A DNA stretch of 64,000 bases from an uncultured Armatimonadetes bacterium. Its GTDB lineage: Bacteria; Armatimonadota; Hebobacteria; Hebobacterales; Hebobacteraceae. A program made the position numbers and the translations under genes. Below, one piece after another: positions 26,461-36,318 of the stretch. Below the pieces are notes generated by a model. It saw nothing but the letters and a program-made list of their open reading frames with translations, ran no database searches and was not told where the DNA came from. Position 1 is the stretch's first letter. Every line of letters begins with the position of its first letter. Location: assembly GCA_963716175.1 (NCBI GenBank), contig OY970296.1, positions 416,001 through 480,000 on the forward strand, read 5' to 3'.

Positions 26461-27351
26461 ATGGGCTATGAATGCACGGGCAAGGGGGACGACACCTCGC
26501 GCGGCGGCCTGACCAGAGCGCTGGTGCTGGGGCTGCTTGGATCCCTGATGCTGGCGGGATGCGCCCGCACCAAGCCGTCTACCTCCCAGGCCCCCGCCGC
26601 CGAGCCCAACGTCTTGATAGCCTACACCTCCTGCGCGCTGGTGCCCGCCATAGAGGGGGTGCGCGCCAGGTTCGAGGCCGCGAACCCCGGCAAGACGGTC
26701 AAGATCGAGGGGGGCGAGCCGGTCGCCCTCGTCCACAAGTTGGAAGGCGGGGCCAGCGCCGACCTGTTCATCTGTCTCGGGCGGTCCGAGTTCGGCCTGT
26801 TGGAGCGAGAGGGCCTGCTCGAGAGCTCATCGCGGCGAGAGCTGGGCAACTATAAGATAGTGCTAGCTATCCCGGAGAAGAAACCTCCCCTTGCTAGTGC
26901 CAAAGACCTGACCTCGGCCCGAGTCAGGTCCATCGTGATGGCGGCGCCCGGTGTCACCTCCCTGGGCACGGACGGCAAGCACGCGCTCGATCGCCTGGGA
27001 CTGTGGTCCCACCTCCAGGATAAGCTCGTGCTGCGGGCAACCCCACTGGAGGCCGCCCAGAGCCTGGCCAAGGGAGAGGCCGACGCGGGGATACTCTACG
27101 ATCCCTGCCCCTTGCTCGGGCTGCCTGAGAAGATTCCCCCCCACGCAGTGACTCTGGGGCCATCGCTGAGCGCGCCAGGCGAGCGGCCAGTGTGCATCGA
27201 GATCGGGGTGCAGAAACGCAGCCAGAAATGGGGCCTGGCGCAGCAGTTCATCGCCTTCCTCAGAGGCCCGCAGGCCAGGGCTGACCTCGCGGCGGCCGGG
27301 ATCCCGGTGGAGGAGAAGCCGGGAGGAGAGCCGGCCCCGGCTAATCCGTAG
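26461..27351 (+). CDS. ModA-like substrate-binding lipoprotein
   Basis: Lipobox LAGC; FEAANPG..ADLF, GEADAGILY, AQQFIAFL motifs of the ModA/SBP_bac_11 fold. Confidence 0.78.
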   Translation: MGYECTGKGDDTSRGGLTRALVLGLLGSLMLAGCARTKPSTSQAPAAEPNVLIAYTSCALVPAIEGVRARFEAANPGKTVKIEGGEPVALVHKLEGGASADLFICLGRSEFGLLEREGLLESSSRRELGNYKIVLAIPEKKPPLASAKDLTSARVRSIVMAAPGVTSLGTDGKHALDRLGLWSHLQDKLVLRATPLEAAQSLAKGEADAGILYDPCPLLGLPEKIPPHAVTLGPSLSAPGERPVCIEIGVQKRSQKWGLAQQFIAFLRGPQARADLAAAGIPVEEKPGGEPAPANP

Positions 27352-27477
27352 AGGCTATCTCAAGGCCCGGCTAGCGCGCACCGAGCGCAGTCCCGTCAGC
27401 TTTGATATAGCCCGATACCGGGTTCTGTTAGAAGCTGTTTCATAACCTTCCCAGGGGAGGTTATGAAACGCGCTCTA
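27349..27477. repeat. Two adjacent miniature inverted-repeat elements between convergent genes
   Basis: ggctatctcaa(27353-27363)/ttgatatagcc(27402-27412); gtttcataacc(27437-27447)/ggttatgaaac(27459-27469). Confidence 0.55.
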
Positions 27478-28863
27478 GAGCCCCTTAGCTTGCTCGGCGC
27501 GCCGCCGCACTTCCCGCCCTGCCACCAGGCCGCTGGCGGCGGCCTGCACCAGGCCCCGGGTCACGCCAGCCCCATCCCCCACCGCGAACAGATCAGCCAC
27601 CTCGGTCTCGAGCGCCTGGCTGAGACGAGGCCGAGCAGAGTAGAGTTTCACCTCGACCCCATAGAGCAGGGTGTGACGGGAGCCCAGTCCAGGGGCGAAG
27701 CGATCGAGCGCCTCCAGCGCCTCCAGGATGCCTGAGAGATAGCGGTGGGGCAGGACGAAGCTGAGGTCGCCGGGAGTAGCGCGGCTGAGGGTGGGCCGCA
27801 CCACACCGCGGGCAATCCGCTGCTCGGTCGAGCGCCGACCGGAGCGCAGGTCTCCCAGCCGCTGGCAGATCACCCCATCGCTGATCAAGTTGGCTAGCCT
27901 GGCCAGATAGCGACCATAGGCGATGGGGTCGTGGAAGGGCTCGGTGAACAGGGTGCTGACCAGGAGCGCAAAGTTCGTGTTGGCGGTGTGCTTGCCGGCA
28001 TAGCTGTGCCCGTTGACAGTGATGATGCCCTCGGTCTGCTCGGTCACCACTTCACCGTAGGGGCACATGCAGAAGGTGCGGACGCGGTCGTCGAAGCTGC
28101 GCGAGTAGAAGATGAGCTTGGATTCGTAGGCGGCGGCGGTAACCTCGGCCAGCGTCTCCGCCGCCACCTCCACTCGCACCCCCACGTCCACCGGGTTGTC
28201 CGCCCGCCCCAGGCCCAGGCGCGCCGCCTCCTGCATGAACCATTCCGATCCCTCGCGGCCGGGGGCGGCAATCACATAGTCGGCGCGGTAGCGGCGCCCG
28301 GCGCTGGTCTCCACCCCGGTTACCTTGCCGTCCGCAACCCGAAGCTGCGCGATCTCCTCACCGGCGTGGACGTCCACGTTGGCGCCCAGAGAGCAGCGCA
28401 TCTCGCGCAGCACCATCGGGCACCGGTCTGTGCCCAGGTGCCGAATGCGAGTAGCCACCAGCTCCAGGTCGGCGCGGGTAGCGCGGCGGGCGAGTGCGGC
28501 CATGGCGTCCTCGTCCGCGCCATACAGCTCCTGCGGCGCCCCGAAGCGGAGCCACATCTGGTCCACTTCCTCCACCAGAGCGGCCACCTGGGGCCGCGGC
28601 AGATAGCTGGCTAGCTGGCCCCCGATCTCGGTGGAGAGCGTTAGCTTTCCATCCGAGAACGCGCCCGCCCCTCCCCAACCGCAGAGCAGCCACTTCGGGT
28701 CGCGGGCGGCCTTGCCCGGTTTCCGCCGGGCGATCCGTTCGTCAATGTCGGGGCCCTTGTCGAAGACGCGGACCCGGAGCCCCTTTGCCCCGGAGAGCGC
28801 CAGGGCGGCGAAGATGCCGGCCGGCCCGGCGCCCACGATCACCACCTCTCGGCGACGCGGCAT
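27475..28863 (-). CDS. FAD/NAD(P)-dependent oxidoreductase (uncharacterised flavoprotein family)
   Basis: GAGPAG, GWGGAGAFSDGK, VRTFCMCP, VNGHS, NTNFA, GDGAGVTRGL. Confidence 0.9.
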   Translation of the reverse strand: MPRRREVVIVGAGPAGIFAALALSGAKGLRVRVFDKGPDIDERIARRKPGKAARDPKWLLCGWGGAGAFSDGKLTLSTEIGGQLASYLPRPQVAALVEEVDQMWLRFGAPQELYGADEDAMAALARRATRADLELVATRIRHLGTDRCPMVLREMRCSLGANVDVHAGEEIAQLRVADGKVTGVETSAGRRYRADYVIAAPGREGSEWFMQEAARLGLGRADNPVDVGVRVEVAAETLAEVTAAAYESKLIFYSRSFDDRVRTFCMCPYGEVVTEQTEGIITVNGHSYAGKHTANTNFALLVSTLFTEPFHDPIAYGRYLARLANLISDGVICQRLGDLRSGRRSTEQRIARGVVRPTLSRATPGDLSFVLPHRYLSGILEALEALDRFAPGLGSRHTLLYGVEVKLYSARPRLSQALETEVADLFAVGDGAGVTRGLVQAAASGLVAGREVRRRAEQAKGL

Positions 28864-28864
28864 C

Positions 28865-29311
28865 TCAGGCCTCCCCGGTCACTCGCTGGCGCAGCCCGGC
28901 GAGCATCTCGTCGGCATTGCGGGCCACCAGCTTCCGCAGCAGCTTCTGGATCAGCGGCCCGATCAGGGGCACGCGGTAGTCGTAGCTGATATCCAGAGAC
29001 ACCCGGGTGCCGCTGCCCTCGGGGATGAAGGTCCACGCGCCCTCGTACCGGTCCCAGTCGCCAGAGAGGGACCGGAACCGACAGCGCAGCGCCTCCTCCT
29101 GCCAGATGTCCTCTTCCACCCAGCGGATGACGCGCTTGAACTCCGGCACCAGCCCCACCCATTCGCTCACGGTGCGCCCACCGTCGCGCTCCCGGATGGC
29201 CACGCTCTGCACATTTGGCAGAAAGGCAGGGAAGCTCTCCACGTCCTTCGCGACCTCGTACACGCGGCGAGGCGGAGAATCAATGATCACCTCGGAATGC
29301 ACCTCCGGCAC
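28865..29311 (-). CDS. SRPBCC / polyketide cyclase family protein
   Basis: DVESFPAFLPNV, GDWDRYEGAWTF, C-terminal amphipathic helix. Confidence 0.85.
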   Translation of the reverse strand: MPEVHSEVIIDSPPRRVYEVAKDVESFPAFLPNVQSVAIRERDGGRTVSEWVGLVPEFKRVIRWVEEDIWQEEALRCRFRSLSGDWDRYEGAWTFIPEGSGTRVSLDISYDYRVPLIGPLIQKLLRKLVARNADEMLAGLRQRVTGEA

Positions 29312-29371
29312 CCGTGCCCCCCTGAAGACGTGATGCGCGCCGCGGCCGCAGCCGCGGCGCAGACTGGGGTG

Positions 29372-29400
29372 ATTCTAGGTCAGCGGGCGAAGAGTGTCAA
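29372..29400 (-). promoter_or_regulatory. Sigma70 promoter of the SRPBCC-flavoprotein operon
   Basis: TTGACA-N17-TAGAAT on the minus strand. Confidence 0.7.
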
Positions 29401-29457
29401 CGTCAGCGACGAGCGCGGCCTGGCGCGGCCCGCGGCCACGCCGGTCCGACCCAGGGC

Positions 29458-29841
29458 TCAGGCCGCCACCGGATCGGTGAGCAGCCTCTGCACCCGGCGA
29501 GCGAGGTCACCGGGCTGGAACGGCTTGCTCATGTAGTCGTCGGCCCCTGCGCTCAGGCAGTCGGCCACAAAATCGCTCCCCGAGTGGGCGCTGACAATGA
29601 TGATGCGCACCTGGGCGGTGGCCGGGTTGCGCTTGATCTCGGTGCAGACCGGAATCCCGCCCACCTCCGGCATGTTGATGTCGAGGAGCACGAGATCCGG
29701 CCGTTCCACCGCCATCAGCTCCAGCGCCAGCCGCCCCTTTTCCGTCTCGAAGATGTCGTACTGCTCACCTGACAGATTCAGGCTGTCCCGCATGAGCTTG
29801 CGCGCGAACGGGTCGTCGTCCACGATCATGACCTTCGCCAT
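29458..29841 (-). CDS. Single-domain response regulator
   Basis: IVDDD, VLLDINMP, VSA and KPF motifs. Confidence 0.92.
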   Translation of the reverse strand: MAKVMIVDDDPFARKLMRDSLNLSGEQYDIFETEKGRLALELMAVERPDLVLLDINMPEVGGIPVCTEIKRNPATAQVRIIIVSAHSGSDFVADCLSAGADDYMSKPFQPGDLARRVQRLLTDPVAA

Positions 29842-31125
29842 TTGCCTCCGCTCCTGCCGCACCGGAGCCGACGATCACCTCCGGCCCGGCCTGCTTCACC
29901 CGGTACGCTGGCAGCACGAAGCAGATAGCAGCGCCAGCGACCTGGTCCTCCTCCACCCAGATCCTCCCCTGATGCAGCTCGATCAGCGCCCGCGCCACCA
30001 CCAGCCCCAGCCCCTTCCCGCTCGACCGAGCCAGGGTGAGGTGGTGGTCTGAAGTGTCCGCCAAGGGCGCCAGCTTCTCCTCCTGCGAATCCCATTCCGG
30101 CACATGAATGCTCGCCTGTACCTCCTCCTCCCCGTCCCCCCCGGCCCAATCCGGACTGCCACCGGAGCCGAATCGCCCGCCAGCCCCAGGGCGGTGTCCA
30201 GGAGGCGAGCCATCACCTGCTCCAGCTCATTGGGATCCCCCCACACGGTGCGAGTGCGGGGCTCGACGGAGATCTGCACGCGCTCCCGCTCTTCAGGATG
30301 GTCGAGCTGCAGCAGCGCGGACTCGATCACGTCCGGCAGGTAGACGGCCTCCCGCTTCAGCACCAGCCGGCCTTCGTCAATGCGAGAGATATCCAGCATA
30401 TCCTCGATCATGCGCGCCAGATGCTGAGACTGCTCGCGGACGATCACCAGGTACTCGCGCTTGCGGTCAGGGTCGAGGCCGCTTTCGTGCTCATAGAGCA
30501 GTTGAGTGAAGCCAACGATGGCGGTCAGCGGAGTGCGGAACTCATGGGAGACACGCGACAGGAACTCGCTCTTCGCCGCGATTGCCTCTTGGTAGTACTG
30601 GTTGAGGCGTTGGTAGGCGCGCTGCTCCCGCGAGAGCAGCACGAAGAACCCGGCCATCACCGAGGCCGAGATGGTGAAGGTGAGCACCCGCGAGATCACG
30701 CTCGTGGTGACGGTCGCCTCGCTGCCTCGCACCAGGCCGATGAGGAGGTAGCTGGCCGCGGACAGCAGACTGGTTCCCACCGCGTCGCGGAAGTTGAGGC
30801 GGACGCTGGCGTGTAGGATGGGAAGGTAGTAGAGCAAGTAGTACTCACTGTAGATCCCAGCGTCTGCGTAGATGAGGGCGGTGATGAGCATGATATCCGC
30901 CGCCAGCATGGTCAGGGTGGAACGCCGCGGGTCGTACCTGCTCCAGGGCAGGAAACTGCTCACCAGGACATAGGCCGCGCCCACGCTGATCACCAGATCG
31001 AAGAGCCGGCTGTGACCCCCATCCTGAGCCCGGGCCATGAGGAAAACAGTGATCAGTATCAGGCAGCGCAGGCCAGCCGCGACCTTTTCCCGCGGCATGC
31101 CCCCGGCATTGCGGCGAACTGGCAT
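29765..31125 (-). CDS. Membrane sensor histidine kinase with degenerate ATPase domain; frameshift at G7 run 30136-30142
   Basis: About 5-6 TMs, H-box SHEFRTPL; C-terminal GKGLGL..HQGRIWVE..FVLP lies in a different frame (ORF 29765..30103). Confidence 0.78.
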
Positions 31126-31234
31126 GATCAGGGCTCCACTTCCTTGGGTGCGGAAGGTTACGTTCGGGTGGGACCGCCACACCAACGCGGCTTATTCCAC
31201 ATTTCCCAGAGGATGTGAGGGGCGGCAGAGGGGC

Positions 31235-33241
31235 TCAGATGGGCTTGGAATAGCCCAGGCTGACGCGGCACTCCCGGTTCGGGCTGGCGTACTCCCCCCA
31301 GGCCAGGCCGCCCTTCAGACTCACCTGCTGCTCGTCGCTCACCTTCAGCGCGTACATCACGGTGAAGCTGGTGCGATTCTGCGCCTTGTCACCGGCCTTC
31401 CCGTTCTCCCGGGAGATGCTCGCCTCAATCTGCTCCTGGTCGGAGACCCGCCCCCGCAGCCCTAGCTCCACATCGCGCCGACGCAACGGCGGCCCGCCCA
31501 GGCTGTCATCCCCGGTGTAGCGCCCGTGGGCGACCAAGCCCCCCCGGAGTAGAGCGGCGATCTCAACCAGCTCGCGGCGAAGCGGCAGAGGACAGCCTTT
31601 GGCCTCGCCGTCCTCGGCCTCCGGGTGTCCCTGGTAGGCCACCTGGACATGATAGCGATTCCTGACCATCAGGCGCTCGGCCCAGCCGATGCTGTGCACC
31701 CCGCGGTCTGGGCCCCCGCGCAGTTGCTTCGCCCAGAGCCGCAGCCCGGCGAAGGGCATATCCAACCACGTCGGTCCCTTTGCCATCACGTACTGCTCCG
31801 CGTCAGAAAACTGATGGCCACGGGTGATGTTCTCCGCCCACGCCGGCAGCTGGCCCCGAGGCGCATCCAGCGCATACTGGTTAGCAGACCGTTTCACCAT
31901 CCCCTCCTGCCAGTGCTGTTGCTGCACGCGCCACCGGAATCGCCGGGCCTCATGCTCGAGCGCGGCCTGCTGAACCGAGTCCATTCCGCCCCCAGCCTGG
32001 CGGCAAGTCTCCAGGCGAGCGCTCAGCTTGGTCCCAGGGCGGGGGTTGATGGCCAGGGCGTAGCTGGACTTCGTCCTCGTCTCAGGCTGCTGCTCGCTGC
32101 CGGCAAGGGCTTGCTCCCGGTCGGCGCTCACCAGCACGCGCTTCCAGAGGGCCCGGTCGGCATGGAATACCGTGGTGCGGCCCAGCCGGCCCGCAGCTCC
32201 CTGGTCGCGGTCCTCCCGCATGCCGGCGCGAAGGTTAGTGCGGCCTGCGCCAGCTCCCAGTCCCCCCGTCCACGCCCAACTGCGAACCTGCTTCGCCCCT
32301 GCCGAGCTGGACGCTCTCACCGTGGTCTGTTCGGCGGTGAGCTGACCCGCCGTGCTGCCGCCCCCCAGTTTGGCATTGACCCTGAGGTTGACCTCGCGGG
32401 AGCGACTCCCGGCGCCCGCAGTCAGGCTCTTGATGGTGGCCTCGAGTTGGGAGCCTGGCGCAAGCTCCACCGTCGCGCCGGCGCTCTGCGTTCTCTGCGC
32501 CTGGCCCGCCGCGCCGCTCTTTGCCAGGTAATCGGCGGTGAGCTTTAAGCGCGAGGCAGGGGAGAGCCCGAGATGGACTTCGCCTATCCCCTCCGCTTTC
32601 GCGTTCTCTCCTTCCTTGGTGTAGGTGGAGGAGAGAGCCATGCGCAGGTCGTTGGCGTCGCCTCTGCCGAAGTGAGTGTTGAGCTCCACCGCGCCGGTGC
32701 GCCGCTCCGAGTCCACCTTGTTCAGAGCCCTATCCCAGGCCTCGCTGTGCTGCTTGATGGTGGCCTGCAGCCTGCTGCTGGAACCCAAACCTAGGACGAA
32801 AGCGTGGTCGCTGTCGGTGCTGGTGAGGCCGAAGTTCCTGTCATCGGGCCGGTCATTGCGGACCGAGGCCTGCCGGGAGGTGAGGGAGGCGGACCTTGCC
32901 AGGTTCCAGGAGGCAGTGAACTCGAGATTGCGAGTGGCCATTGCGTCTGGCATTCCGCCCAGCCCCAGCGGTTCCAGACCTCCCCGCCCAAGGCGGGGGA
33001 AAGCCAGATCAAGCTTACCGGTGCTCCCCAATGCCAGCTGCAACTGCCCACCCGATGGGCCCTGCGATGCCATCCGCGCCTCCAGCCACCCCGCCGGCTC
33101 GCCCGTGGCGCCTGCTTCCAGAGTTGCACTGCCCGAATCCCCGGGGCCACTCATGAGGGCATGGGCCCAGGACAGAGGCAAGGACAGCCAGCACAGCCCC
33201 AGAGCGAGCAGCAGCCATCTGTTGACTGATCGCACCTTCAC
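31235..33241 (-). CDS. Hypothetical exported protein, possibly beta-strand-rich outer-membrane protein
   Basis: Signal peptide (RWLLLALGLCWLSLPLSWA); many alternating-pattern strands; ends RVSLGYSKPI. Confidence 0.6.
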   Translation of the reverse strand: MKVRSVNRWLLLALGLCWLSLPLSWAHALMSGPGDSGSATLEAGATGEPAGWLEARMASQGPSGGQLQLALGSTGKLDLAFPRLGRGGLEPLGLGGMPDAMATRNLEFTASWNLARSASLTSRQASVRNDRPDDRNFGLTSTDSDHAFVLGLGSSSRLQATIKQHSEAWDRALNKVDSERRTGAVELNTHFGRGDANDLRMALSSTYTKEGENAKAEGIGEVHLGLSPASRLKLTADYLAKSGAAGQAQRTQSAGATVELAPGSQLEATIKSLTAGAGSRSREVNLRVNAKLGGGSTAGQLTAEQTTVRASSSAGAKQVRSWAWTGGLGAGAGRTNLRAGMREDRDQGAAGRLGRTTVFHADRALWKRVLVSADREQALAGSEQQPETRTKSSYALAINPRPGTKLSARLETCRQAGGGMDSVQQAALEHEARRFRWRVQQQHWQEGMVKRSANQYALDAPRGQLPAWAENITRGHQFSDAEQYVMAKGPTWLDMPFAGLRLWAKQLRGGPDRGVHSIGWAERLMVRNRYHVQVAYQGHPEAEDGEAKGCPLPLRRELVEIAALLRGGLVAHGRYTGDDSLGGPPLRRRDVELGLRGRVSDQEQIEASISRENGKAGDKAQNRTSFTVMYALKVSDEQQVSLKGGLAWGEYASPNRECRVSLGYSKPI

Positions 33242-33311
33242 GTTGCCTCTTGCCACGGGGGTAGGCCGGCGACTGGTCGCCGGTGACTCCGAGCAACATG
33301 ACCTGAGATGG

Positions 33312-34421
33312 TCAAGCCACAGGGCCCGGCGCCAGCAGGTGGGCCGAGCCTGGAGCAAGGGCTGAGTCCGCTCCGGGTGCCTTCAGCCCAGCGGGCGGAG
33401 CGGTCGGCGGTGGGGTGGTGGCAGAGGGGGGCGCGGCCCCGGTGCTTGTGCCAAAGCCGGCAGATTCGGGCAACCGGTCGAGCATCTCCTCGGAGCTGAG
33501 CGTGGCGAAGCTCTCTGCTGCCAGGTCCATGGCACGCCGCGCCTCCTGAGCATACTCAGCGCTTCTGGCCACTGATTTGAGGGCCTGCAGGGCATCGGGC
33601 GCGGCCGCGATCAGGGTAGCCCGAGCCGCCACCTTCTCCCTGCTAGGCCTGCCCACGGCTTTCACCAATCGCGCAGCCTTGAGGGCCGTCCGGCTGACAG
33701 CTCGTGCTGCAGACTGATACGAGGGGGCGGCAGGTTCGGGTGTCGCTTCCTGCACCTCGCGGGCGTCGGCCACCGTGGTCGGGGTGGAAGCAGCGGTCGC
33801 AGCCGAGGTGACCGGAGGCACGGCCGCCCGAGTCGAAGGAGCCGCCAAAGGCTCACGGGGGCCGGGCGAGAGCCCTGGCCGGAGCAGCAGGGCCAGCGCC
33901 CCCAACGCCACCAGCCCCGCGGCGGCCAATGCCGGCCGCATCGGTACACCCCAGGCCGACCCGGGCAGTCGCAGCCGCCGGGCCGCGGCCACCCTCTCGC
34001 GAACCTCCGCCGGCACCGAGGCCGCAGGCAGCGCACGCACTAGGCTAGTGGCACGGGTGAGCAGGCCGAACTCCTGGCGACAGTGCGCGCACCGCTCCAG
34101 ATGGCCCCGAACCGGCTCCGCCAGAACCGGACAGAGGCAGCGATCGAGGTAGGCGTGAAGGAGCGGCACCATCTGCCGGCAGGAGAGCGTCTTCTCGGCT
34201 TCCCTGGCCAGCGCCAGGGAGATGCGTTGTCTCAGCTCCGTGGGCACGGCCACCGGGCGCAACCGGCCTACCAGGGCAGCAGCTCGCCGGGATTCGGCCA
34301 GGGCCTCAGCGCAGGCGTCACATCGGCGGAGATGCGCCTCCATCCAGCCCGCTCGGGCCGGGGACATCTCCCCATCGGCGTACTCGGTGAGCTCGATCTC
34401 TGACAGGTGTCGCCGACTCAT
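33312..34421 (-). CDS. Membrane-anchored anti-sigma factor with two zf-HC2 (ZAS) domains
   Basis: HLRRCDAC and HLERCAHC motifs; TM AAAGLVALGALALLL; Ala/Pro-rich C-terminal tail. Confidence 0.82.
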   Translation of the reverse strand: MSRRHLSEIELTEYADGEMSPARAGWMEAHLRRCDACAEALAESRRAAALVGRLRPVAVPTELRQRISLALAREAEKTLSCRQMVPLLHAYLDRCLCPVLAEPVRGHLERCAHCRQEFGLLTRATSLVRALPAASVPAEVRERVAAARRLRLPGSAWGVPMRPALAAAGLVALGALALLLRPGLSPGPREPLAAPSTRAAVPPVTSAATAASTPTTVADAREVQEATPEPAAPSYQSAARAVSRTALKAARLVKAVGRPSREKVAARATLIAAAPDALQALKSVARSAEYAQEARRAMDLAAESFATLSSEEMLDRLPESAGFGTSTGAAPPSATTPPPTAPPAGLKAPGADSALAPGSAHLLAPGPVA

Positions 34422-34511
34422 GGGTTCTTGCCCTCGCGCGTGTGGTCGCTCTCCTCGCCTGATTTGACACCAGCGAGAGGGATAAGTCGCGCCCAGACTG
34501 GATCGCTGGCG

Positions 34512-34973
34512 CTACCACTCGTCTGGACCGGGATCCACGCTGGGGCCCCCTGGGTCGGGCTGCTCCTCCCCCTCCCGGGCCGCCTCCAGCACTGAGGCCG
34601 AGGCAAAAAGAGGGGCCCCGGCCCGCAGCGCAAGGGCGATGCTGTCGCTGGGACGGGCATCTATCGTGAGTACCTCGCCATCCACTGCCAGGTGCAGCTT
34701 CGCATAGTAGACCTGGTTCCACAGGTCATCTACGACCACCTTGATCAGCCGCCCCCCCAGGCGCTCGATCAAGGCGCAGAGCAGATCGTGAGTTGCGGGA
34801 CGCCGGCCCGCGGCCTGGACGCGCCCTGGCCGAAGCACGCTCCAGATGGCCACCGCCTCGCAAGGGCCAATGGTCATGGGCAGGAGGGTGTCACCGTCGT
34901 CACACAGGATCAGCAGATACTGGGAATCCGAGTTCCGACCCACTCGCCAGACCCGGACTGGAACTTCGGACAT
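34512..34973 (-). CDS. Bifunctional nuclease family protein (DUF151)
   Basis: LPMTIGPCEA, RPATHDLL, YYAKL, DARPSDSIALA. Confidence 0.9.
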   Translation of the reverse strand: MSEVPVRVWRVGRNSDSQYLLILCDDGDTLLPMTIGPCEAVAIWSVLRPGRVQAAGRRPATHDLLCALIERLGGRLIKVVVDDLWNQVYYAKLHLAVDGEVLTIDARPSDSIALALRAGAPLFASASVLEAAREGEEQPDPGGPSVDPGPDEW

Positions 34974-35009
34974 GGCTTGGCCCTCGGGACCGCAGGCTCT
35001 CGTCTCGGC

Positions 35010-36158
35010 TTACTCTCTCAGCTCCGGGGCCCACCAGAGGAGGCGGAAAGACTTCTCCATCTGGGCGGTCGTAGCCCCACCTGCGAGCTTCTCCAGCTCA
35101 TCCCTGGTTCCCTCTGCCACCGCTCCCAGCTGATCCGGCCGGCCCGGCTCTCTGAGGTCGCATCGCACTCGCACCTCAGGGATTCTCGCATCCCAGGTGG
35201 CCGCGCGACCCGCGAGGGTGGACATGATCCGCAGCATGGATTCCCGCATGCTCGGCACCGACGAGAGCCGGGGCATGGAAATGCGAACAACGGCGCTGGC
35301 ATCCCGGGGCGCGACCTCCGCCCCCAGCACCTGGCAGTTAGGGTCCATGTGCCGGGCATGCCCCTGGAGATCCTTCAGCAGCTCCGGCTCCCGGACCATG
35401 AGCTCCTCGGCCACCTCGCCCACCACACCGACAGGTTCGGCCTGCTGCATCTCCACCTGGGGAGCGGCCGGCGCCGGCGGGGAGACAAACGCGCCGGACC
35501 CCTCTCCGCCTCTGGCTGACGCCGGCGGAGGCCCAGCCCGCCTGCCCAAGAGCACGACGGACAGCGCGATCAGCAGCATCACCAGCAGCACCGTCCCCAC
35601 CACCAGCCCCAGCACCCCCGGGGGCCGCGCCGAGCGCACCTCCGCTGCCGCACCGGACAGCGCGCGCCTGACCTCGGCCAGGCCCCTCTCCATCACGCCC
35701 TCAGGAGGCCTTACCAACACCCGGTCAATCAGGGCCTCCAGCTTCCTGCGGTCGGCGGTGCTGCCCGGGTTCCGCTCCAGCGCCATCTTGTACCACTCGA
35801 TGGCCTCCCGCAGCTTCCCCTGATCGCGCGTGATGTCCCCCATCAGAGAGTGAGCGGCTCCGTTCCCCGGGTGACGGTGGAGCACCTCGCCGCACTTGGT
35901 CTCGGCCTCGGCCCACTGACGGCGAAGGCGCAGCACATTGGCCGTCATCAGCGTCAGGAAAGCATCGCCCTCGGAGTGGCCCGAGCCGAGCGGGGAGGCG
36001 GGATGGCCGCAATGAGGACAGGCAGACGCGCTCTCCTCCAGCGCTTCCCCGCAGTTCGGACACTTGTTGTCTTGCTTGGTCATGAGCCGAGTGCGCATCA
36101 CAGACCTGGCGCGAAGCCTGCCCCGACGAATCTCCGACACTGCCTGGTATTGGGCCAC
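35010..36158 (-). CDS. Zn-ribbon + TPR + single-TM hypothetical protein (start uncertain, 36158 or 36083)
   Basis: CPNC..CPHC; TPR AHSLMGDI..AIEWYKMAL; TM VLGLVVGTVLLVMLLIALSVVLL. Confidence 0.75.
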   Translation of the reverse strand: MAQYQAVSEIRRGRLRARSVMRTRLMTKQDNKCPNCGEALEESASACPHCGHPASPLGSGHSEGDAFLTLMTANVLRLRRQWAEAETKCGEVLHRHPGNGAAHSLMGDITRDQGKLREAIEWYKMALERNPGSTADRRKLEALIDRVLVRPPEGVMERGLAEVRRALSGAAAEVRSARPPGVLGLVVGTVLLVMLLIALSVVLLGRRAGPPPASARGGEGSGAFVSPPAPAAPQVEMQQAEPVGVVGEVAEELMVREPELLKDLQGHARHMDPNCQVLGAEVAPRDASAVVRISMPRLSSVPSMRESMLRIMSTLAGRAATWDARIPEVRVRCDLREPGRPDQLGAVAEGTRDELEKLAGGATTAQMEKSFRLLWWAPELRE

Positions 36159-36318
36159 ATCACAAGCTCACCCGGTCCCGCTGACCCGGGCTGGCGCGGT
36201 GTGGAGGCAGCCCCTAAGGCGGTTCTACCCGCCCGGCCCCGCCAGGTAAACGCCCTCGGCCAGCCATCTCGGCCCACTCCAGCTTCACCAACCGCGGCTG
36301 CCGCCTGGAGAGGGTCTG

